A DNA stretch of 64,000 nucleotides from the human T2T-CHM13v2.0 reference genome, Homo sapiens: the NCBI RefSeq assembly GCF_009914755.1, contig NC_060932.1, one strand, 5' to 3'. This document shows, piece after piece, positions 29,896 through 40,175 of this stretch. The first letter of the stretch is position 1. Every line of letters starts with the position of its first letter. Under the pieces are notes generated by a model, which was not told the DNA's origin, ran no database searches, and saw nothing but the letters and a program-made list of their open reading frames with translations. The translations under genes were made by a program, and so were the position numbers.

Positions 29896-31602
29896 TCAGT
29901 TGTCACCTGCTGTGGATGAGCAGGGCAAGGGAGACTGAGCTGTGGCCCCACAGCCACCAGGGCCCTCCTGGAGGGCTTCAACCTTGACCACAGCCCCGAG
30001 GGCACCACGCCGCCTCCTCACCTGCTGCTGGCTCCGGAACACGGCACGCAGCGCCCGCAGCTGCCCCACTTCCTGCGCACTGAAGCATGGCTGCCGCTCC
30101 GCAAAGCGCAGGACTGCGTCAAAGGCCACGGCCGCCTGCTCCCAGGCCACCTCCTCGCCCTCACCAGGATCTCCTCTGCCGTCCTGGTCAGCTTTCGGAG
30201 TCTTTTCTGAACTCCACACAACCTCTGCTGGCGACGTGGCAGCAGGGGGCCGTCCCCCTTCTGCCTCCCTTCCCGCTACCCCCCAGCTGGCGGCCTGGCG
30301 CTGGCGAAGCTGGCCCGGGCAGGAGGAGCCTTCCTTCACAAGCTCCAGGATGTGTGCAAAGGACTTGTTGTGGGGCTTCACTGGGAAGCACTCTGCCTCC
30401 AACTCCTCCTCAGAGGAGGAGCCTTCGGCAAACGCAACCGACGGCCACAGCTTCCTCCAGGCCCGCCTGAAGACGTGGCTAGGGACTGCGTTCCAGGCAC
30501 AGGCCACGCTGAATATGGCATCGTTCATGTTGTAGCGGGCGTGGGGGCCCTGCAGGGGGACCGGAGGGTTAATGAAGTTCCTCATGAAATCTCTCCGAAT
30601 GCCCTGCTCCATGGGCTGCACCAATGAGGCCACGCTGGCAGGCAGGAAGATGGTGAAAACGTTACTGGACACCAGCTCGGCCTCCTGCGGGTGAGCCCGG
30701 GAGCTGTCCAGCAAGAGAACGGCTTTGCTGTCTTCCGGCAAACCTATGGTTCTGAAGTGCTCTCTCACCGAGGGCACAAAGATATGATGGAACCAATCGG
30801 AAAAAATCTCCTTGTCCACCCAGGCGTTCCCCTGGGCCTTATAGGCGACGGGCAGGTGCTGGATGCCTTTGAAAGCCCTGGGACCGCTGCACTTCCCGAT
30901 GGCCAAGGGCTTGAGCCTGTGGGAGCCCGTGGCGTTGGCACACATCAGCACGGTCAGCCGGTCCTTGCCCTGCTTGGGGCCAGGCACAGCCCCGCCTTCC
31001 GGAGTGGGATTTGGCAGGCACCGCCAGAAAAGGCCGGTCTCATCAGCGTTGTAAACCTGCTCGGCGGACAGCCCGTGCTCAGCAGCCAAGCTCCTGAAAA
31101 ACGCACAGAACTGCTCCGCGGCCTGGTGGTCGGCTGACTGCTTTTCACTGGATGCATCTAGCTTTTTAATGCCGTGTCTGGCCTTAAAGCGCCAAAGCCA
31201 CCCTCCGGAGAACACGCAGGGCTCAGTGAGCTGCATCTGCTCGTAGAAGTCCTTGGCCTTCTCGATGAGCATGGGGCCTGACACGGGGACGCCCTCGGAG
31301 CGCTTCCCCAGGAACCACTCGTACAGGACGCGGTCCAGGTGCTCCAGCTTGGGCGTGTGCAGCGTGCGCCGCTGCTCCAGCGCCTTGTTGGAGTCGGAGC
31401 TGGCGAAGAACCGGAGCAGCTGCGCCTTGTGGGCCCTGATGTCGTAGAGGGTGGACATGCCCACATTGTACTCCTGCATCAGTGCCTTCCGGCTCTCGCC
31501 CTTCTCCAGGCGCGTGCAGATGTCAATCTTCTCCTTCAGTGTCAGCACCACCCTCTTCCGCTTCTCCCCTCTGCTCTTCCCGGCAGCCGGCTTGGAGGCC
31601 AT
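29896..31602 (-). CDS. JRK: Jerky protein homolog, 568 aa; domesticated pogo/Tigger-type transposase (HTH psq + HTH CENPB-type + DDE_1 domain)
   Basis: Long uninterrupted ORF MASKPAAGKSRGEKRKRVVLTLKEKIDIC...; CENP-B-like motifs (LYEWF, SGGWLWRFKARHGI), pogo catalytic-domain motifs NADETGLFW, LLLDSSRAH, QPMEQG. Confidence 0.98.
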   Translation of the reverse strand: MASKPAAGKSRGEKRKRVVLTLKEKIDICTRLEKGESRKALMQEYNVGMSTLYDIRAHKAQLLRFFASSDSNKALEQRRTLHTPKLEHLDRVLYEWFLGKRSEGVPVSGPMLIEKAKDFYEQMQLTEPCVFSGGWLWRFKARHGIKKLDASSEKQSADHQAAEQFCAFFRSLAAEHGLSAEQVYNADETGLFWRCLPNPTPEGGAVPGPKQGKDRLTVLMCANATGSHRLKPLAIGKCSGPRAFKGIQHLPVAYKAQGNAWVDKEIFSDWFHHIFVPSVREHFRTIGLPEDSKAVLLLDSSRAHPQEAELVSSNVFTIFLPASVASLVQPMEQGIRRDFMRNFINPPVPLQGPHARYNMNDAIFSVACAWNAVPSHVFRRAWRKLWPSVAFAEGSSSEEELEAECFPVKPHNKSFAHILELVKEGSSCPGQLRQRQAASWGVAGREAEGGRPPAATSPAEVVWSSEKTPKADQDGRGDPGEGEEVAWEQAAVAFDAVLRFAERQPCFSAQEVGQLRALRAVFRSQQQVRRRRGALGAVVKVEALQEGPGGCGATAQSPLPCSSTAGDN

Positions 31603-32975
31603 GGGGAGGGGTGGCTGGTCCTAGCACTTGCAGGACACACGCCTGGCCTGGGCTGCTGCCACTACTTCCCTCTCCTCCTGCTCCCCTTCTGGGGCTCCGT
31701 CTCTCCCTCTCCACTCTGCCTGCCTGCTCTGCTGATCCTGAGCACAGGCCCCAGTCCCTCTCGGGTTTCTCACTCCACACGCTGCACCTCCTGCCTCAGG
31801 TATCCCTGGTCTTCCAGGCTCCACACACCTAGGCCTTGGCTCCTGGCAGTGCAGTCAGCTGCCAATTCTCTCTGTGGAGGAGGTGACCCTGTCAGACTCC
31901 CCTCTGCTGCTCCACACGGCTGGAACTCCGGCCTTCTCTGTGGATACTATGGCAGCGGCTCCCCTCAAACTGACCAGGTTTGGGGTGGTAGAGGTTTTAC
32001 CGCATAAGCAGCAGGTGCCTCTCCAGGGTCCACAATGGTATCTCCAGGCACAGCACTTCAGGGGCTGGAAAGCAGAGGGAACAGAGAGGAAAGTGATGGG
32101 GCGCGCCCAGGACACACATGGCGTCCTCACGACTCTCCTCACCGGGACACTCCAGCTGAAACTCAAGGGCTGTTGAGAGGACCCATGCAAGTGCTGGCAT
32201 GCACTGTGGGGAGAGGGTGGCCCCGGGAGCAGCCCAGCCTGCCCAGCCCCTGCACGTGCTGCTCAGGTGGACTCTGCCCAACTCCCACCAAGCAAACTGA
32301 AGCCATTCGCTAGGGCTGGAAACGAGACGTGGCTCTCATAGGAGCAGCCCGGCCTTTCCTGGGGAAGCGCTCAGGCAGAAGCCATCAGAGGAAGCCAGGA
32401 AGTCCGATGCTGGGCGGACCCAAGAACAAACCTCCCACCCGCCCAGCCTAAGCTTCTTGCTGTAACTGCTCGCTGGGCTACCTGAGCTTCTCAAATCCCT
32501 TATTCCTCCCTGAGGAGCAGAGGCAGGGGTGGAGGGATGCAGGGAGGAGGAACTCCTCACTACCCTCCCCGCCAAAGATCTTACAAACCCCATCTGGAGC
32601 AGGTCTCTAAACTCCTCTCTCCGACACAGAGCGCCAAACTGCCTCTAGAAAACAAGGCATTAGAAGTTTCTCTAGAACAGCAGGCCTCAAGCTCCTCCAA
32701 GGGCTAGGAGGTGCTGCCAGTTTCTCAATCACCCTCTGACCTCCCTGACTGCCACACACTCAGATGCGTCTACAAGGAGCCGCAGCAGACAGACAGCTGT
32801 GACCATTCCAGGCCTCTTCCAGAGGGGACCCCTCAAGCTCAGCTCAGGGTACCCTGCCCCAGGCAGCCACACTGAGCCGCTGGTCTCTGAAACCCCAGGC
32901 TCTAGTGCTGCCCGCCCACCTGGCTCCACAACCACGGCAGGGCCGCAGAGCCTGCCAGACATGGACGGACACGGA

Positions 32976-32976
<1 letters not shown>

Positions 32977-33013
<37 letters not shown>
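32977..33013. repeat. (CA)n microsatellite in JRK intron 1
   Basis: Direct reading. Confidence 0.95.
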
Positions 33014-33014
<1 letters not shown>

Positions 33015-34090
33015 CCACCCAACCTCACTCACACATACACGCTCAGAGGACACAGGAACAAGCTAGCCCAGAGCAGGAACTTCTTTAGCATTTGCTAATT
33101 TGGGAGGCTCTATGAACAAATGACTAATTTACGCCAGAAGCAAATGCCAGGAAACCTGATAGCCCCCTGGGAGCAAGGGTTCTTCCTGGGCCAGCTGTGC
33201 ACCCTACGAAAAGCTTGCTTTTAAGTTTCACACACACCTTTGACCAATAGGAAGAAAAATGACATAGAAATGTCACAGCTCTAACCAAACACATCTTTCT
33301 GTTGGAGTTTTGAACTAACTTCTCACCCTTCTCCTATATAAAGACAATGCGGGTCATTCTCATCCCTTCTAGGTGGACAATTTCACCCTCTCATAACAAC
33401 TCTGCGAAACACCCCACAACCCTCCCTACACCCGAGCCGACTGGCAGGGCACAGAGGGCGCACCCCTGTGAGGCCAGGGCAGCCTATGGAGTCAGGGCCT
33501 GCAATGCACTTCACCCAGTTAAGACACTGCTGAGGGTGGTGAGGGCTGAAAAGCTGTTTGCCCAAACACCGGGCAGCTCAGCTGGCCGCCTCAGTGTGGC
33601 GTGCGTGCTATGGGCAGGGGTCTCCCTGCCCTCACTCCTCCGCAGGCCAGCAGTACTTGAGGATGGACTCCTGGAGTTCCCACCTCCCTCCCGCGTCCTT
33701 ACCATAGCTGCTTCTGCCAACTCCATGCAGAGCGTGTGGCCAAAGGCCTACTTACATGTGGAGCGCAGAAACGCAGCCCTTTGAGGCCAGAGCTCAAGGG
33801 AAAGGAGGAGTGCAATCAAATGCAGCAAAAGCTCCAAAGAAAAATTATAGGCTTGTTGGCTGCCACCTCTGGGTGAGTACTGTCCTCTTCCGGAGTCAGT
33901 TTCCTGGTCTGCAAAATGTGGGCTGGTCCCTTAAGGATCCTGCATTGTTCGCTGAGGGTGACGGTGTGACGTGTGTGCGGTCTGGCACAGCACAGTGAGC
34001 TATGTGCATCTCACCATGGGGAACAGGAGGGAAGGCAAGGCCACAAACCACCCTCCAGATTTTTAATATGAACCCGCTGTAGAAAAACTG

Positions 34091-34484
34091 GGGGAGACAC
34101 GGAATCCCACAGTAGCTTATGAGGGACTAACTGGGGACTGGGATGCAGAGAAAAGCTTCCTGGAGGAGACTCAACACCAGACACAGCTCCTCGCGGACAC
34201 GTCTCCATGCCTGACATGCAGGTGTAGCAGGATGACACAAAGTGGCTGAACTTGTTTCATAAGGAATATCTGAATTTTATTTTTAAAGGAAGTTTTTGGT
34301 CTTGCAAGTGGGACAACAGTGTGTTCTGCCAGTTTGTGTCATCCTGCCACACCTGCACGTCAGGCATGGAGACGTGTCCACAAGGAGCCCGTGTCTGGTG
34401 CTGAGTCTCCTCCAGGACGCTTTTCCCGGCATCCCAGTCCCCAGTCAGCCCCTCACAAGCTACTGTGGGATTCCCTGTCTCCCC
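34091..34484. repeat. Long inverted repeat: arms 34091-34251 and 34323-34484, 71-nt spacer, ~90% identity
   Basis: Manual alignment of the left arm with the reverse complement of the right arm: 15 substitutions and 1 indel in ~162 nt. Confidence 0.95.
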
Positions 34485-34701
34485 GAAATTAGGGTGGTTT
34501 CTTGCCTTGCGACTGGAGAGGAAGCACTGATCCCCAAGGCCACGTGAACACGGGATGAAACGTGCAATTCTCCTGTGCCCAAGGCACAGACAAGAAACGG
34601 GAGGCCTGAGGGGCCAGCGCTGGGGCTGACTCCGTCCTGTGTGAGGCTAAGAGGCCCTGAGAAACGCGGGGGGAAAGCGGGAAACAACCTTCGCAGGGGC
34701 A

Positions 34702-34703
<2 letters not shown>

Positions 34704-34739
<36 letters not shown>
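34704..34739. repeat. (TG)n microsatellite
   Basis: Direct reading. Confidence 0.95.
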
Positions 34740-34740
<1 letters not shown>

Positions 34741-34859
34741 GGGGGGTATGGAGGATATGAAGGAGAAATACTCAAAAAACAAGTCGCATTCTGGAGCTGG
34801 GGGAAGAGGTGAGCTGGGGGTCAGAAGGAGAGTATGGGACAGAGAAGGAGGGGACAGAA

Positions 34860-35960
34860 AGCCTGGGGCCGTGCGCCCCGCAGAGAGCGCCCGAGAGCCG
34901 GCGCCGAGTTCCGCTAGGAGCCCTCCACGCTGGGGGATCCTGGCGCAGAGACAGCGCTGGGCTACTGGCGAGGCTCGCTTAAAAAGCGTCCGTACCCCAG
35001 GGTCCCCGTTTGTGGGTAGAAATTCAGTCTGGGACAAGAACAAGAACAAAAACAGAAATGGAGAAAAAAAAGTCTCGGTCTGGTTTTTTAAGGGCAAGCG
35101 GACCTCGTGACCAAGCCTCTCTGAGAGTGGAAGCGCAGGAAGGGTCCGGGCTGGGGCGTCAAGGCCAGGCCTGGCGGCAAGGGGTGGGTGCGGCTCGGGG
35201 GCCGCGCGCTCAGGCCGCGGGGGTCGCGCGGGAAGCACAGGGCTTCGGGTTCCGAGCGCGGCTCCCGGGAGGGGGCGCTGCCGCCCGCGGCTGGGTCCGG
35301 CCCCGCAGCCTCGCGACCAACCCCGCCCCGCCCCGCGCGCCCGCCTGCCCAGACTGCGGCTCCCGCCCGCGCCGCCCGCGCCCACCAGGGACCGGAGAGC
35401 GCCCGCACCCATCCGGCCCGGCCCGGCCGCCCAGCGCCTCAGGCCAGGACCCTACTCACCCTGCTCACCCGGAGCAGCCGCCGCCGGCCGGAAGTGCCGG
35501 CCACTCGGTTCTCCTCCAGTCCGCGCCTCGTCGCCTTCCCCCAGCTACTTCCGGGACGCTCTAGACAGGCTGGAGGACTCAGCACTCGGTGGTGTCTGGG
35601 AGCCAGACGCAGGCTTTCAAAGAGCTGGGTGGCCGCGGAGGGCGTGGGAGGAGAGGAGGCCTGGAGGAGAGGAGTGGGGGGGTCCCAGGGTGGGGGGAGG
35701 CGTGGGAGGGGAGAAGGCGCGGGCAGGGAGGGGAGAGGGGAAACGGGGCGAAGGCGGGGCGCGCGGCCTGGGCCCCGGGCTCCGCCCTGCTCTCTCCATC
35801 TGTAGAACGGGCGCAGGGCGTCACATTCCTTTCATGACAGTGAACCCTGCGCTGAAGGCGTTGGGGCTCCTGCAGTTCTGGGGCAGCCACAGGCGCCCAG
35901 GGTTTCGTGCCGATCAGCCCAGGACGGTCTTCCCGGTGCAGTTTCTGATGCGGGGAGGGC
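34860..35960. promoter_or_regulatory. CpG island promoter of JRK (probably bidirectional)
   Basis: Very high GC and CpG density, GC boxes, ETS/GABPA motifs CCGGAAGTG (35488-35496) and ACTTCCGG (35547-35554), G-rich tract 35640-35770. Confidence 0.85.
35460..35540 (-). other. JRK: JRK non-coding exon 1 (TSS approximate); intron 1 spans 32065-35459
   Basis: Donor AGG|GTGAGT (intron starts 35459) within the CpG island; matching acceptor with long polypyrimidine tract ...ttccctctgctttccag| at 32065/32064, 462 nt upstream of the ATG. Confidence 0.75.
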
Positions 35961-36211
35961 AGTGCTGCCTTCCGGTCACCAGGACCAGTGCTCAGCCCGC
36001 CTGCTTGACCCCCTTACTTAGCTGGGGTCCAATCCATACCCAATTTAGATGATTCAGACGATGGGATTTGAAACTTTTGAACTGGGTGCGACTTAAGTGA
36101 GTATGGACCTGAGTTGGTGCTGTAATGAGTTGAGGCTGTGGAGGACCTTGAGATGGGTGCGTGGATTTTGCCCATGGGACCTATGCAAATTTTGGAAACT
36201 GGAGGGTGGAC

Positions 36212-37064
36212 TGTGGTGGGCAGAATAATGGCCCTCCAAGGATGTCCACATCCTAACTTCCAGGTCTTGTGAATACATTACTTACATGGCAAAAGGGACT
36301 GCAAATGCAATGAAGTTAAGATTCTTTAGGTGGAGAGATTCTTATGTTTATCAGGGTGAGCCCAATGTGCAGTCGTCCCTGGGTATCCATAGAGGATTGG
36401 TTCCAGCACTTCTCAAGGATGCTAAAATCCTTGATGCTCAAATCCCTTACATAAAATGGCTTCGTATTTGCATATAACCTACACACATCTTCCCGTATAC
36501 GTTAAGTCACTTCTAGATTACTTATAATACCTAATACAATGTAAGCGCTATGTAGATAGTTGTTATACAGTATTGTTTAGGGAATAGTGACAAGAGAAAA
36601 ATTTGTACATGTTCAGTACAGACACAGGTTTTTTTCCGAATTGTTTGTATCCTCGGTTGGTTCCATCTGGATGCAGAGCCCACGGGTTCAGATAGGAGGG
36701 CAGGTGCCATATCAGGGGTTCTTGTGGGAGTTAGGAAGCCAAGTGAGAGGACAATGGGATGAAAGAGGAGAGAAAAGGAAATGTGACAACAGACACAGGG
36801 GTTGGAGTGATGTGCTTTGAAGATGGAGGAAGGGGCCACAAGCCAAGGACTATGAGCGGCTTCTAGTGGCTGGGAGAGACAAGGAAACAGGGCCTCTCCT
36901 GGAGCCAGCAGAAGGAATGCAGCCTGCTGACCCCTTGATCTTAGCCCATGACACTCATTGTGCCATTAGACTTCTGAACCCAGAGCTGTAAGATATAAAT
37001 TTGTATTGTTTTGGATCACCACGTTTATGGTAATTTGTTAGGACAGCAATAATAAACAAATACA
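36212..37064 (+). mobile_element. MLT1C/D-like LTR interrupted by a MER2 (Tigger-family) DNA transposon (~36370-36690)
   Basis: tgtggtgggcagaataatggccc...aaacaaataca; MER2 start cagtcgtccct...ggattggttccag. Confidence 0.75.
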
Positions 37065-37085
37065 GATTTGGGTAGCTCACTCCTC

Positions 37086-37870
37086 CTTTTTCCTTTTTTG
37101 AGGCAGGGTCTCACTCTGTTGCCCAGGCTGGAGTGCAGTGGTACATTCTCCTCACCGCAGCTTCAACCTCCTGGGCTCAAGGGATCCTCCTGCCTCAACC
37201 CCCAGAGTAGCTGGGACTACAAGCATGCACTGTCTCACCTATCTTTTTAATTTTTTGTGGAAACGAGGTCTAGCTGTGTTGCCTAGGCTGGTCTCGAGCT
37301 CGTGGACTCAAGCGATCCCAAAATGCTGGGATTCCAGGCACGAGCCCATGTGCCAGCTCACTCATCCTTAGGTCCGTTGTTACCTGGGCTCCCAGCACCC
37401 TCCCACCCTCTGGTTCTTCTCTTCCTCACCCTCCCTTGCTGGTTCCTTACTGACCAGGCCATTCTTTGGCTCTTTTTGTTCAACCAGTCCCCACTCCCTG
37501 GGTGATCTCCTCCAGTGTCATGCCGTTAAATACCATCCAACACTGGCAACGACCAAATTCATGTCTCCTGCCAGGGCCCCTCCCCAGAAATCCAGACTCC
37601 TATGTGCTAGCCAATGTCTCTGCTTAGCTTTGATCCTCCAGCCCAGCCTTGCTCCATCTGCATTGCCCCCACCTTCATGAACGGCAGCTCACCTTGCTAT
37701 TCACTCAGGCTCAGCCTCAACAGTCTCCATCCCTCATATCCAGATCCTCTACCCTCAAAATCCAGCCAGTGTTTGGCCTCTTCTCACTCCCTCCAACTGC
37801 CCTCCCCCCCAATCCACACCTCTGTGGTCTTGCCTCCTCCCCAGTCTCTGTTTCTGCCCTTACCCCCATA
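37086..37870. mobile_element. Degenerate AluJ (~37086-37355, minus) followed by an L2 fragment (~37390-37870)
   Basis: Alu motifs; L2 motif cactccctgggtgatctc...taaataccatc...ccagactc. Confidence 0.65.
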
Positions 37871-38140
37871 CAGCTATCAACTGCTGCATCAAAAACCGCC
37901 CAAAACTTAGCAGCTTGAAACCAACTGTTTTTATTGCAGATGATTCTGTGGGGCAGGAATTTGGCCATGCTAGAGTCAGATGTGTTTCACAGAGGAGGCT
38001 GAGTCACGGAGCATACCAGGCACATGGCAGGACTGGAACCCAAGGTCCCTGGACTGGGGCTCCCATGGCAGGGTCTCCTGGGACAGCAAAGTCCTCCCTC
38101 CCCCGGAAGGCTGGCTCCATCCCTGGTGCGACTCTGCTGC

Positions 38141-38775
38141 TGAAGCAGCATCATTGGGGTAAATACCTGGGGTTCATTGTCTCACACCAAGAAGATTAAG
38201 GACATGGACTCATGTAGATGGGTTAAGGAGCAGAAAGTTTAATAGACAGAAGAAAGGAGAGAAGAGAGCAGCCCTCTCTTTCGAAAGAGGCGTCCAAAAG
38301 AGAAAAGCCAGCCTGCAGCAGACCCCAGCAGATTTTATAGGCAGGCTTGAGGAGGCAGTGTCTGATTTACAAAGGGCCCACAGATTGGTATGACCAAGGG
38401 TGATGTTTACATATGGCGTGGGGAAGGCTGGTCGCCCCACCCTAATCTTATTATGCAAATGGGCTTCTACTTGGCCAGCACCATCTTGTCTGCTCCTTGC
38501 TGTACACATGGCTGGCAAAGAGAAGGGAAGATGGAGCTGCCATTTTGATCATGCCTAGTCTCAGGTAGCTTTTTCCCATTGGCACAACTGCTGGCATTCA
38601 CGCGTGCAAGCTTCCAGCTTGCTTGTCTTATGTTTGCGGCTCGATTTTACAGGCTGCTCTTTGTTAGAAAAGAAAATGATTTGGAGCCTGCTTTTCATTA
38701 AAAGGAAAACCTTACTGAGGACTTCCTTACCCTCACTATCTGCCTAAATAATTTATTTTTAACTCCTATTTTTAA
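38141..38775 (-). mobile_element. MER50-like ERV1 solo LTR with 4-bp TSD CTGC
   Basis: CTGC at 38137-38140 and 38776-38779; absent from the paralogous copy at ~41985. Confidence 0.8.
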
Positions 38776-38993
38776 CTGCCACCTCAGGGACATGGGATCA
38801 CGTGGTCTCCCAGGACTTGGACAGTGCTGGTGGGCAGTGGAGATTGGCATGAAACTGGGGCCTCATCCCAAGATGCATGGGGCTCCTCCAGGTGCTCCTA
38901 CCATTACTCACGGAACCTTGGGCCTCTTCTCGAGGACCAAGTCCATTCTGACACTGGGAGGGGTCAGAAAGAGAGGAAGAAAATACACTAGCG

Positions 38994-40175
38994 TGTAATC
39001 ACCCAGTGGGTTCATTTTGACCCCTGGCAAGATAGAGCTGATTTAGCAAGACAGGGGAATTGCCATAGAGAAAGAGTTTAATTCATGCAGAGCCAGCTGA
39101 ACGGGAGACCAGAGTTTTATCATCACTCAAATCAGCCTCTCAGAAAATTCGGACGCTAGGGTTTTTCAAGGAGAGTCTGGTGGGCCAGGGAATGGGTGCT
39201 GCTGGTTGGCTGGGGATGTGGAAAATGGTCCTCCTGTGCACTGAGTTTGCGTCCAGGTGGGGCCACAGGACCGGCTGCGGGGTTGGTGGGCCTCGCTAGA
39301 GCCATCCATCAGTCATTAGACGTGCAAAAACCTGAAACGACATCTCACAAGGCCAATCTTAGGATCACAATAGTGATGTTACTTGCAGGAGTAATTGGGG
39401 GAGTTGCAAATCTTGTGGTCCCTGGAATAACGGCTGGGAGTCGTTTCAGTCTAACCTCAGCAGAGCTCAGATCCCCTCATCTTCCTAATGAATAACGGCT
39501 GGGAATCGTTTCAGTCTAACCTCAGCAGAGCGCAGATCCCCCATCTTCCTAATGAATAACGGCTGGGAATCGTTTCAGTCTAACCTCAGCAGAGCTCAGA
39601 TCCCCTCATCTTCCTAATGAATAACGGCTGGGAATCGTTTCAGTCTAACCTCAGCAGAGCTCAGATCCCCCATCTTCCTAATGAATAACGGCTGGGAATC
39701 GTTTCAGTCTAACCTCTGCAGAGCTCAGATCCCCCATCTTCCTAATGAATAACGGCTGGGAATCGTTTCAGTCTAACCTCAGCAGAGCTCAGATCCCCCA
39801 TCTTCCTAATGAATAACGGCTGGGAATCGTTTAAGTCTAACCTCAGCAGAGCTCAGACTCCCCTCATCTTCCTAATGAATAACGGCTGGGAATCGTTTCA
39901 GTCTAACCTCAGCAGAGCTCAGATCCCCCATCTTCCTAATGAATAACGGCTGGGAATCATTTCAGTCTAACCTCAGCAGAGCGCAGATCCCCTCATCTTC
40001 CTCATGCAGTGGTGGCCTTTCGTTAGCTTTACAAAGATGGCTGAGTTTTGGAAAAGGGCTGTTATGCCCAGAAATGACTAAGGGCAGTTTGGAGATTAAC
40101 TGGCTGTGGGTTAGATCAGATCTCCTTCACCATCACCATTTTCTCACTGTTAAAACTTTTACAAAGGCAGTTTCC
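38994..40175 (-). mobile_element. LTR8A-like solo LTR containing an expanded minisatellite
   Basis: Reverse-complement similarity to the 18583-19572 LTR; TSD AGCG/AGTG. Confidence 0.8.
39425..40005. repeat. Minisatellite, 64-66-bp unit x9
   Basis: Unit GAATAACGGCTGGGAATCGTTTCAGTCTAACCTCAGCAGAGCTCAGATCCCCCATCTTCCTAAT starting at 39425, 39490, 39554, 39619, 39683, 39747, 39811, 39877, 39941. Confidence 0.97.

Noticed and set aside
29942-32007. Plus-strand ORFs of 127-222 aa over JRK
   Set aside because: Antisense shadows of a GC-rich coding sequence
34489-35805. 184-307-aa ORFs at the CpG island
   Set aside because: Stop-poor GC-rich promoter DNA; Arg/Pro/Gly/Ala low complexity; one crosses a microsatellite
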